Below are positions 9,858 to 21,629 of a DNA stretch of 64,000 nucleotides, one piece after another. Source of the DNA: Macrostomum lignano (lineage: Eukaryota). The stretch is taken from the NCBI GenBank assembly GCA_002269645.1, contig NIVC01000372.1, forward strand, positions 1-64,000, given 5' to 3'. A program made the translations under genes and the position numbers. The notes below the pieces were generated by a model that was not told the DNA's origin, did not search any database, and saw only the letters and a list, made by a program, of their open reading frames with translations. Numbering within the stretch: position 1 is the first letter of the stretch; each line of letters begins with the position of its first letter.

Positions 9858-12800
9858 TGAGAAGGAAAGGAATTATTCGAAAATGAGGCTTACACAGGTG
9901 CATATCTATCGCAACCGTTTTGATAAGAAATATTCGTTAAATTTGCTATCAACAATTCACAAGCTTCACTTGATATTTATTTATTTACCAGCTCTAATTG
10001 TCTTCTTTTTCTTAGCAACTGTCCACTTGAGCTCGTATTTAAACATTTTTACGGCTTGTACTTTGTTAGAGTTCAGTGCGCAGGCTCTCGTTCTCCAACT
10101 CTTTCTCTCTACATTTTACCTTTTTATTTCACTATCGTGTGTGCTTCCTCATTTATATATTTTCAACTTTGATATGCAATAAACATATTATACCAGTTGA
10201 TATTAACTCGTGAAATTAACCATTAATTTGTTAATCCGGCTATGCGAGCATTAACGAGGCTCGTTTATTTGTGCCAGGCAAACGCAGAATCCTGACAAAT
10301 TTCCAGAGAGCAAACAATATTTAAATTGACACGCGCATCAGAATTGCGTTGCTTGCGCAATTGCCATTAGTAGCAACAGGAAACTTCCAGTGGCACCGAA
10401 GGCTAGATTTCGCTACAAAATTAAGCTTTAATAAGCGCTGTAGGCCAGCACGCACTCATAAATTCCTAAAACCAATGAGACGATATAAAATTAACATCCA
10501 GAATCCTAATTTTAATTTCCAAACAAAAAGCTTTATAAATATCAATAGAGCTATATAAGAAAGGCAAGATATATCAAACGATTTACACTGGGATTCCCTT
10601 CTATCAAAAGCAATAACAATTTTTGTGCTGTACAAATGAACACAGCTCCTACCTCCGTATAAAAAACCTGCCTCCTAAAATTTTCCAAGAAAACATAGTA
10701 CACAATCCGCCCTAACTGAGTGGCCGCACACTAAATTCGTGGCGGGACCGTGGGACGCGTTTTAGCACTGAGCTTTTCATGCTCTTCCCACTAACTTGAC
10801 GCGTTTCGGCCTCCTAAACCATTAAGGTAAATGTTTTTGATAATGGTTTACCCAATATATGACGCTACGACCTTTTAGCGTGCTCTCATGCACTCGCCTT
10901 TGCTAAACTCGCGTCTATGCAGACTCCAACCCCCATCATCAGAATTATTTCAACAGCGAGTTCTCACGCCACCAATCCTGTAGTCTACAATGCAAGCTGC
11001 TAGAGAAAACATTGAAAACTTTCGCTGTCGGCGGCGGGAGGGGCGGAGCGGCTGTTCGAGTCCGCGTGTGTGTTCCCACGCGCTCATCCAATATTTTGAA
11101 GACGCGGAAACATCGTGTACTGCACGGCTATGCATGTATAAGTAGTTTAAGTATGGCAATGGCAACGCAATTCTGCCACATATGTATTTATGCTGCAGAC
11201 TGCATTACGCAGGGTTTAGTATAGCTTATTGAGTTGTTTGTTTGCACAAGTTCTGCATGGCGAGGGAGCTGGGGGCGGTAACACTGGGTAACTGAGAAAC
11301 TTTCAAAGGCATGCAGTCGGCTCCGCCCCACCCCCCGTGAGGGCCGATTTGCCCACTTATGGCTACTGCGCTAATTGCCTGCTTTCACTAAATGGGCCAG
11401 TGAAAGTGAAAAAAAACAGACAGATGCATTATGAGAGTGCCTTGTCCACTTCAGACAGGAGAATCGCCAGTTAATTGTTGCTTTATCAAGCTAGATTTAC
11501 GGATTAATAGACATTCAATTAATAAAGATGCATTTAATCGAATGAAAATTATATTTGAGTGAAAAAAATCGAAACGAAAGGTTAGGGTCATTTTGTACCT
11601 ATCAACTAGCCATCAACTCCATATGCGACTGCGGATATACATGTACAAAAGAAGGAAAATTTATGTAAAAGTGTCTGTTTGTGCAGCCGAATTCATGCAC
11701 GGTGAAATGTATTCATTGCATGTATTTAAAAACACTGCAATTATGCACGGTGCGTGTATCATGTACTCTCGAAGTGTATACATACTAGTGTAAATACTTT
11801 GGACATTGTTCACTCGATGTTACGACCTTCAGTCAGTCTATGGCATCATCGATCTTGATATTGTACCATCGGACTACTATTGGGCGGCCTGAAATTACAC
11901 GATTACCATCGACGATTACATTTTGGCTAGCAAAGGCCGGGTCGAAAATGTTAATATCAACCAAAACAGTTTTCAGCTAATCTTGTATTTTTTGTATAAA
12001 ACATGAATTTGCTTTTAGACAATTTTACCAATATACGCTCGTATTGCGTGGTCTATTTTCAACTTTAGCTACATCTCCCTCTAATGCTCACATGTAGATG
12101 AGACAGGGAAGGGGAGAGAAGTAAGGGGAGAAAGATTAGGAGGGAAGGGAATTGTTAGGGGAGATCGGGCAAGGGGAGCTAGAGGTAGGGGAGAGGGTAG
12201 GGAGAGAGGGAGAGGGCTGACTATCGCTCCAATCTGGCTCGCCAACTGTCGGGAGTAGCCGGGGCTCAACATGCCAGTGTGCATCATACTCGTGTTCGGC
12301 ATTGGTAGTCAATACATATTGCGAAACAGCTGGAACCTAGTGCATAAGTGCATTAAATGCCTGCAATTCTGACAGCTAAGGGCATGTCAGCTTAGTTGAG
12401 GATAGATGAGAATTGCGTGCGGGAAGTTTTCCCGCCGAGGTTTGCCCTCGCGCTTGCCCTTTCCTTTTTTAAGGACAGTGGGGGATTCTGCTCTTGCCAT
12501 CTTGTCAAGCTTGTGCGCAACTGCCTGAGTTGTTACGGCGTGCTTGTGAAAGGCGACACAGCGAATTGAATGGCGATACATGTACATGTACATAGAACAG
12601 CTGCATGCTGTGCAGGAATCTGAGTCGCTACGCATTGCGAATTGACTAATTACCGACAAGCATGCATGTTCACCAACGGAAGCGGCACAAAATGCGTGTT
12701 AGCTATAGCAGCAGAGACTTTTAGCTTGTCAAAAGCCATGCAATGCTACTGCTAGAATTTCTCAGATCGCTAGAGCGGCCAGTTGCTGATGCAACTTCTG

Positions 12801-13672
12801 AGTTTATTCGTGTCGTGGACATGCACACTATTCCGATATTTTCAATTCGAGGTGAGCACCTGGACCTGCTGGGACTCTAGTTGTTATAGATTTACATAGA
12901 AGCACTCTTCATCTGTTTTCATCAGATCGAGACTCTTGTTGCAGCAACGGTTTGAGCTGCAATTTCTACTTGTCTGCTGCGAGGCAGCGATTGATGAAAA
13001 TCACCGCGTTACGGACTTCTAAAGATTATCGCCGAGCGCGAATAAAAGCTCCTCCAATACAGTTAGAGTCGTTTAAAGTTTATAATTTCTTACTAAAAGT
13101 AGTGACTATACTAGAACTGACAGCTATTAGTTAAATATGTCTATTGTTTTTGTCAACAGAATTTAGTGCTGCCTCTGAATTTCCGTGTGTGTAAATATTT
13201 TCTGTTTTCTTTGGCTGTCTGCTATTGTTCTTCACATCTTGTTTTCTTAGTATGGAACGAGTCTTGTATATACACTGCAAAACAGAACGTATCAACGTAT
13301 TGTATCATTTAATTAGATTTAGATTCAGGTGAATCTTATGAATTGACCTAAATGTATACAGAGGGACGCAGATTGAATTTTTGCTCAAAGCCTTGCATGA
13401 TTTTCTAATGGCATTATAGATCCAGTATGTTTTCACTCCAGGATGCTAATTATAGAACTCCTTGGCTCGAATAAATTAAAGCAAATATAAACAGCTGTCG
13501 CTTAGTCTATGGCACCTAGCTAGGCTTTGAAGGCGGATAATAAAGGCTACGGAGCCCTCTTGATTTCTCATTACCGCCCTTAAAGCCTAGGTACTTGTAT
13601 ACAATACTCGAAATCACATTGTTTGTTGTGAACGCCCGGCAGTTATTAGAAGAGACCCATTAGTCCGCTGGA

Positions 13673-14852
13673 ATGAACCCACTAGATGAAACCCACAGTT
13701 CAACGGAGAGCTCAACCGAGAGCTTCACCGAAGAGCGACTCACCCTGGCCAGCGTTGGCCCGTTGAAGTCGCTGGCACCCGGCGACGCCGCCTCCGAAGC
13801 GAAGCCGGCCAGAAAGGCGCACAGCCGCAGACGGATTTCCAATCTGATGCGCCACACGACTGCCACAGCCGACAGCAGCCAGGGGAAGGACCTGGCCGAG
13901 AACTGCGGCACTCGGTCCGAAGCGGTCGGCGAAGCCCAACAGGGCCAAACCAATGAGTGAGACGGAAATGGGGAATGTCTGATAGTGCTGGTGAGTGTCT
14001 GATGGTGCTGGTGAGTGTCTGATGGTGCCATGCCAGCACTGGTGAGTGTCTGATGGTGCCATGCCAGCACTGGTGAGTGTCTGATGGTGCCATGCCAGCA
14101 CTGGTGAGTGTCTGACAGTGCCATGTCAGCACTGGTGAGAGTCTGACAGTGCCATGTCAGCACTGGTGAGAGTCTGACAGTGCCATGTCAGCACTGGTGA
14201 GAGTCTGACAGTGCCATGTCAGCACTGGTGAGTGTCTGATGGTGCCATGCCAGCACTGGTGAGTGTCTGACAGTGTCATGCCAGCACTGGTGAGTGTCTG
14301 ACAGTGCCATGCCAGCACTGGTGAGTGTCTGACAGTGCCATGCCAGCACTGGTGAGTGTCTGAGAGTGCATGTCAGCACTGGTGAGTGTCTGAGAGTGCG
14401 ATGCTTGTAACCTGGTGAATTTTTGATATCGATTGATTGATTTTGACTATGCAACTGGTCAATATTCAATCATTTCCTGCAACAGAAAGCCAGCCAAGAC
14501 AGAGCGACCAAAGAGCAACTCGGTGCCGAAGTGCGCCTGTCTAGGAGCGCTATTCCTAGCGCTGGCCATCCTAGGCGACACGCTACGCATTGTGGACGAA
14601 TGGTACGCGTTTGAATACGACAAGCATAGCTTTGACGTATCCGCCAAGGTCAGCTACACTAGTCTAGTGTTCTGCCTGTCAATCGCCTCCTGCCTGTCAG
14701 TTATTGGCGTGCTGGGCCTAGTGCTGCTGTTCCTATTGGCTGTGCAGGTGGCTTACATCAGCAAAGTGCTGCTGAGCCCGAGCATCTCGCTGCTGCGCAC
14801 GATGACAGCTGACGAATGTAAAGTGGTTGAAATGCTGCTAACTGACGAATAA
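13673..14852 (+). CDS. Hypothetical membrane protein, 2 exons (13673-13956, 14486-14852)
   Basis: Phase-2 GT-AG intron filled with a minisatellite joins the frames. Ser/Thr-rich N-terminus, then 2-3 hydrophobic segments. No family recognised. Confidence 0.6.
13975..14400. repeat. 31-bp intronic minisatellite (GTCTGACAGTGCCATGCCAGCACTGGTGAGT)n
   Basis: Tandem direct repeats. Confidence 0.95.
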
Positions 14853-15033
14853 TATGCTGATGAAGAAGTTGAATTGCTCCAATATGCGCACAGATTTTCG
14901 TGTTGTTTTAAATAATATTGTGTTGATTGCTTGTTCTCAATGATTAGTTGTTATAAGACTATTAAGTTATATACAGACTACAGTAAATATATATTTATAT
15001 ATTTATTTAACGGTAGAACGAACATATCCAACC

Positions 15034-15453
15034 CACAGATACTAAAATAACTAGATTAGCTACTTATTAAAACAGCTTTCTACTTTCAGTTCAGTAGCAA
15101 AGAAGAATACATAAGCTATTTTATAAAAAATAAAGACAGCTGAAACGACTCCGATAAGTTTAGAAGCCCAAGCTTGCAGGCGTAAACAACTTGCTAATTG
15201 GTTCAGCAATAATGTACATTAGCCAGTCCACTGAAATGTACATGGCAGCTTTGGGCTGGAATTCCGAGAAAGGCAAAAATTGGGATGGGGCGGGGGTAGT
15301 GTGGAAAGGCGCGGTTGGACGGTTTAATCTGGGGGGTAAGAGCCAATAAAATAAGCCCTGGCTTAAAAAATACATTAAAATGCTTCCGTTTAACTTACTA
15401 CTGAACTGAAAGTAGTTTGCACGCAAATGTGCTGAGTGGCCCGTCTGGTTATT
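15034..15453 (+). mobile_element. ~420-bp MITE family A, copy 1
   Basis: Termini CAGATACTA(A/G)AATAACTAGAT...ATCTGGTTATTCT and subterminal inverted CTACTTTCAGTTCAGTAG / CTACTGAACTGAAAGTAG. The left TIR is partly deleted. Five similar copies occur in the window. Confidence 0.8.
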
Positions 15454-15647
15454 CTAGTAATCCAACCAGAATTTTTTTACTGCGCCTTCTTCTCTACAAC
15501 ATGCATGAGCACTTCATTTGCCATTCGGAAGTTCGGTGAGATATTGGGAATTCAGTTAGGCCAGGCTGAAAAAACTGAAAACTCCCATCTCGCAAGTGCA
15601 TTTCGCAGCGAAAACCGCAGGATTTGCGAGTGCAGCGCCCTTCTGCT

Positions 15648-16217
15648 TCAGCTGTCCACGACTTCAGCTGTCACTGATTGCTCTGCTGCAGCTGGCGAGC
15701 AGCGAACCAGCGGCTCCAGTAGTTTAGGCCAATCGGACAGCGAAGGCGCCAGGATGCATAGGTAGCCCTGGCCGACTGGCTCAGTCACAGCCAGGCTAGG
15801 CTCAGCAGCCAATCGCGGATTGACTTCGATCAGTTTGCCGCTAACCGGACAGCGGACTGGCTGATGCGCCGAGCCGGACAACCGGAGCTCGCACACCTGC
15901 CCGCCCTGCCGCAGAAACTGGCCGCCACGTTTCCGTTTACCGCTGACCCGAGAATCGGCGCGCTGGCCGAAATCGACTGCTGTTAGGCCGGCTGGCCCGG
16001 CCGTCACAACCGGGTGCTTCAGTCCCAGGCAGAGCACCAGCAGCCGGTTGGAGTGGACCAGCACTGTCACGTGACCATCGGCGGTCTCGTAGCGGGTGTA
16101 GTACCGGCTGACAGGGTCCGTGGCCAGCATGCCGTCCAGATAGTCGGCACAGCAGCCGGGCCCGTGCGGCCCATTCACGGCCTGACCGCGGCCTGGAGCA
16201 AATTCTGCAGTCGACAT
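15648..16217 (-). CDS. ABITRAM: Abitram/Simiate (FAM206A) homolog, GCV-H-like fold, intronless
   Basis: RYYTRY, VLVHSNRLLVLCLG..HPV, VSGKRKRGGQ, VRCPVSGKLIEVNPRL..P.L, GYLCILAP. Confidence 0.88.
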   Translation of the reverse strand: MSTAEFAPGRGQAVNGPHGPGCCADYLDGMLATDPVSRYYTRYETADGHVTVLVHSNRLLVLCLGLKHPVVTAGPAGLTAVDFGQRADSRVSGKRKRGGQFLRQGGQVCELRLSGSAHQPVRCPVSGKLIEVNPRLAAEPSLAVTEPVGQGYLCILAPSLSDWPKLLEPLVRCSPAAAEQSVTAEVVDS

Positions 16218-16463
16218 GCTTTATACACTACTTTTCTACGCGAGAGAGTAGATATTTAAGGATGTGCAATGCTGAAATTGATCAAATTTATGAGAAATTG
16301 TCATTTACATAGTACTGATAGGCTATTTTCCGCCCAAGGCTGATCCTCAAAAACTCAGATACGCACACGCTCACACAGGGTGTACAACGGCCTGCCTTTC
16401 TTATTGTCAGACATGCAGGGTTTTGTCAGGGTTTTAATTAGCTGGGAGCTTTTTGTCTCTGGT

Positions 16464-16893
16464 ACAGATACTAGAATAACTAGATAGGCCACTCAGGCAT
16501 ACACTTAGTAAAACAGCTTTCTACTTTCAGTTCAGTAGCAAAGAAGAATACATAAGCTATTTTATAAAAAAAGCCAGCTGAAACGACTTTGATAAGTTTA
16601 GAAGCCCAAGCTTGCAGGCGTAAACAGCTTGCTAATTGGTTCAGCAATAATGTACATTGGCCAGTCCACTGAAATGTACATGGCAGCTTTAGGCTGGAAT
16701 TCAGAGAAAGGCAATAAAAATTGGGGTGGGGCGGGGGGTAGTGTGAAAAGGCGCGGTTGGAGGGTTTAGCTAGAGGGTAAGAGCCAATAAAATGAGCCTT
16801 GGCTTTAAAAATGCTTCAGTTTAACTTACTACTGAACTGAAAGTAGTTGCATGCAAATGTGCTGAGTGGCCCATCTGGTTATTCTCGTATCTG
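16464..16893 (+). mobile_element. MITE family A, copy 2 (most complete TIRs)
   Basis: ACAGATACTAGAATAACTAGATAGGCCACTCAG...CTGAGTGGCCCATCTGGTTATTCTCGTATCTGT. Confidence 0.85.
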
Positions 16894-17318
16894 TGGTCCG
16901 TGGCCAGCATCTCCCGGGTCGGATTAAGCCAGGGACAGACTTGCTGTCGCTTTTTCACAGCGAAACTTCTGTATAAATGTCTACAGATAAAATCTACAGA
17001 TGTTTGTCTTTTGGAGAAAGGAATAACCAACAGAAACGGACGAATGCAAGCAAATAAGTATTGTAGAATATCTTACTGCTAGCGCGCAGCAGGAACGCGC
17101 TCGATGTATGTTTTTGTATTTTTTTCTTAGACAATAACGACAACAATAATAAGAAATAATAATTAAGAACTTTTCTTAATTCTTTGTAATTGTAGTATTT
17201 TGAGTACCAGAGGATGATAGAACGTGCCCCTAAAAATGAATACCTCAGACAGTTGTGTGTGTATGTGTGTGTGTGCTTTTAGGAATGCCTGACAAATAGC
17301 AGCAATATCGCATTCTGC

Positions 17319-19378
17319 TACACCTTTTTGCGTTCTATTTCGATAAAAATGCATTCAATTTCGGCAAACTGGCTTTCATTTTCGGCATCAGCAACGGCCG
17401 CACATCCAAACTGCATTCGAATTCGACAAACCGAGAAACAGTTTCGGCAAACTGCACTCAATTTCGGCAAACTGTATTCAATTTCGGCAAACTGTATTCA
17501 ATTTCGGCAAACTGTATTCAATTTCGGCAAACTGTATTCAATTTCGGCAAACTGCACTCAATTTCGGCAAACTGTATTCAATTTCGGCAAACTGCACTCA
17601 ATTTCGGCAAACTGTATTCAATTTCGGCAAACTGTATTCAATTTCGGCAAACTGTATTCAATTTCGGCAAACTGCATTCAATTTCGGCAAACTGTATTCA
17701 ATTTCGGCAAACTGTATTCAATTTCGGCAAACTGTATTCAATTTCGGCAAACTGTATTCAATTTCGGCAAACTGTATTCAATTTCGGCAAACTGCATTCA
17801 ATTTCGGCAAACTGTATTCAATTTCGGCAAACTGCACTCAATTTCGGCAAACTGTATTCAATTTCGGCAAACTGTATTCAATTTCGGCAAACTGTATTCA
17901 ATTTCGGCAAACTGTATTCAATTTCGGCAAACTGCATTCAATTTCGGCAAACTGCACTCAATTTCGGCAAACTGCACTCAATTTCGGCAAACTGCACTCA
18001 ATTTCGGCAAACTGCATTCAATTTCGGCAAACTGCACTCAATTTCGGCAAACTGTATTCAATTTCGGCAAACTGTATTCAATTTCGGCAAACTGCACTCA
18101 ATTTCGGCAAACTGTATTCAATTTCGGCAAACTGTATTCAATTTCGGCAAACTGTATTCAATTTCGGCAAACTGTATTCAATTTCGGCAAACTGTATTCA
18201 ATTTCGGCAAACTGTACTCAATTTCGGCAAACTGCACTCAATTTCGGCAAACTGTATTCAATTTCGGCAAACTGTATTCAATTTCGGCAAACTGTATTCA
18301 ATTTCGGCAAACTGTATTCAATTTCGGCAAACTGCATTCAATTTCGGCAAACTGCACTCAATTTCGGCAAACTGCACTCAATTTCGGCAAACTGCACTCA
18401 ATTTCGGCAAACTGCATTCAATTTCGGCAAACTGCACTCAATTTCGGCAAACTGTATTCAATTTCGGCAAACTGTATTCAATTTCGGCAAACTGCACTCA
18501 ATTTCGGCAAACTGCACTCAATTTCGGCAAACTGTATTCAATTTCGGCAAACTGCATTCAATTTCGGCAAACTGCACTCAATTTCGGCAAACTGCACTCA
18601 ATTTCGGCAAACTGCACTCAATTTCGGCAAACTGCATTCAATTTCGGCAAACTGCACTCAATTTCGGCAAACTGTATTCAATTTCGGCAAACTGTATTCA
18701 ATTTCGGCAAACTGCACTCAATTTCGGCAAACTGTATTCAATTTCGGCAAACTGTATTCAATTTCGGCAAACTGTATTCAATTTCGGCAAACTGTATTCA
18801 ATTTCGGCAAACTGTATTCAATTTCGGCAAACTGTACTCAATTTCGGCAAACTGCACTCAATTTCGGCAAACTGTATTCAATTTCGGCAAACTGTATTCA
18901 ATTTCGGCAAACTGTATTCAATTTCGGCAAACTGTATTCAATTTCGGCAAACTGCATTCAATTTCGGCAAACTGCACTCAATTTCGGCAAACTGCACTCA
19001 ATTTCGGCAAACTGCACTCAATTTCGGCAAACTGCATTCAATTTCGGCAAACTGCACTCAATTTCGGCAAACTGTATTCAATTTCGGCAAACTGTATTCA
19101 ATTTCGGCAAACTGCACTCAATTTCGGCAAACTGCACTCAATTTCGGCAAACTGTATTCAATTTCGGCAAACTGCATTCAATTTCGGCAAACTGCACTCA
19201 ATTTCGACAGCGCCAATCTAAGCAGTTTGCCGAAATTGAATGCAGCTTGCCGAAATTGAATACAGTTTGCCGAAATTTCAAATGCAGTTTGGATGTGCGG
19301 CCGTAGCTGATGCCGAAAATGAAAGCCAGTTTGCCGAAATTGAATGCAGTTTAATCGAAATAGAACGCAAAAGGTGTA
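17319..19378. mobile_element. Foldback-type element with long TIRs and an internal 20-bp satellite array
   Basis: 17319-17420 is the reverse complement of about 19275-19378 (TA-CACC...GGTG-TA). (CAATTTCGGCAAACTGYAYT)n runs about 17440-19205 in the left arm; only a few inverted units occur in the right arm. Confidence 0.8.
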
Positions 19379-19874
19379 TCATCGACCCCTCCCCCTTGCA
19401 ATATGAGATATCAATTAAAACTTGGCATAGCAGCAAGCAAATATCAATAAACTAGACGCACGGAGATACGCTGAGGTTAGTAAATGTGTACAGAGACTAC
19501 CGGGGTTACACTGACAAAGACAAAATTTCTACAAATACGCAATGCCACTAATCTCTTTAGACAGCGATAACTCAAAACATAAGTCTAAGAACTACTGACC
19601 GAATTGTATAATTGCATAATATTTGTATATATAGCTCTACTGATGAAATTCAATCAATCATCAATTATTTATAACCGAATTTGTCAAATTGTATAATAAT
19701 ATTGACAAATATTAGTACATGACAATAATTAATAGTGCTAAAAGGATATGGTGACTGTGACCTGCAACTGTCTGACAACAATCATTACATATTACTAGTT
19801 AGTAGTTATATATTTAGTGAATACAAAGAAAACTGATGAAATTAACAAGCGGTTTGCCAGTTTAACACACAATA

Positions 19875-20312
19875 AATAACTAGATGGCCCACTCAGCAAA
19901 TTTGCATGCTAGCTACTTTCAGTTCAGCAGTAAGTAGTTAAACAGAAGCATTTTAATGTATTTTTAAAGCCAAGGCTTATTTTATTGGCTCTTACCCTCA
20001 AGCTAAACCCTCCAACCGCGCCTTTCCACACTACCCCCCTTCGCCCCGCCCCAATTTTATTGCCTTTTTCGGAATTCCAGCCTAAAAGCTGCCATGTACA
20101 TTTCAGTGGACTGGCCAATGTACATTATTGCTGAACCAATTAGCAAGCTGTTTACGCCTGCAAGCTTGGCTTCTAAACTTATCAAAGTCATTTCAGCTGT
20201 CTGTTTATAAAATAGCTTAAGCATTCTTTTTTGCTACTGAACTGAGAGTAGAAAGCTGATGTACCAAGTATATATTCCTGAGTGCCCCATCTAGCTATTT
20301 TAGTTTTCTGTG
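19875..20312 (-). mobile_element. MITE family A, copy 3
   Basis: Reverse-complement match to copies 1 and 2. Confidence 0.8.
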
Positions 20313-20812
20313 GTTTAATAAAAATAAAAAAGCTTCACAATTTTGCCGAATAATCAACATAAAAGCGAGAGAAACTTGCGAGAAAAAAAGCGACGAACAT
20401 TCACAAATTAAGCCTACAGGCATTTCTACTATACTACTGACTACCAAAATTTAAGCGAAGTAGCATGAGTAGCGCGTAGAAAAGTTGAATTTAATAATTG
20501 GCGAGAAAAACCCATCGAAATTAGCTCTTGGAATCAGTGTTATTCAATATTATCTTGAGAAACATGCTCTGATTATTTGGGAACTATTTATATTATCAAA
20601 AGCTCCGTATGCATTTGCCCGCTGCGCATTGAAGCCTGCCGGTGTCTCCGTGCGCACACGCAATAAACAATAAAAATAGGCATCAGCATAATATATATAC
20701 CTAATGTAAAAAGAAGCGACTCGCGGTCGGGTCTGACATGGCTAGAGGGGCGGCGGCGGTGCTTATATGGTAGTAGGGAGGGAGGGAGGGGGATTAAGCG
20801 ACACACAGGCTG

Positions 20813-21598
20813 CTAAACTGACAGGCAGTTGATTTCCACATCCTCCTCCTGGTATTTGATTGGCAGGCATTCGCCGACATTGCGTGATCCGTCGCGGCCT
20901 TGCAGCCGGGCGACCCGCTCACGCAGCAGCCAGCGCCGGCGCCGAACCAGCTCAGCCAGGCTGCTGTTCGCTTTGGCGTCCGTCCGGGCCGAGCTCGAGG
21001 ATTGGACGCAGGCGCCGCCGCAGCTGCCAGAGCCGAGCTGCCCGATGCCCGGGCCGCGGCGTCGACAGCGGAGCCGGCCAGATTCAGCGTCGGGCAGGGT
21101 CAGGGCCGACGTCAGCAACATCTGGTTGAGCAGCTCCGAGTCCGGATCGTTGATGGCGGAGATCAGCGACTGGTCGGAGGCCATCATGAGGTCGAGGGCG
21201 GCCACCAGCGAAGTAGTCTCGTCATCCAGGCTGAAGGCGGCAGCGGCGGCCGCGGCGGCAGCCGAACTCACATCGTCATCACCGTCGTTGGCGCCGCAGG
21301 CTCCGTCGGCGGCCCCGGCCGTGTGGTCGACGCCGACGCCAGTAGGCAGGCCGATCAGCGAGGCGACGTCGCCGGGCACCTGGCCGGACAGGTGGTCAGC
21401 GAAATGGCTCTTGAAATCCGGCAGATTGTCGAACGACAGCGGGCAGTCGGTAACGGGACAGCAGTACACCAGCTGCTGCTGCTGTTCAGGTTGCTGCTGC
21501 TGCTGCTGCTGCTGTAATGATGGAGGCGACGGAGTCTGGACCGAAGAATCAGCCGATACAGCTGCCGCTGGCGACGAAGCCGAGGATGCGCCGCGATT

Positions 21599-21629
<31 letters not shown>

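Noticed and set aside
10183-13600. Short ORFs and possible regulatory motifs in the 10-13.6 kb spacer
   Set aside because: No recognisable domains, splice structure or repeats that could be supported.
17328-19259. 643-aa ORF
   Set aside because: Translation of a stop-free 20-bp satellite cycling through three frames; no protein features.
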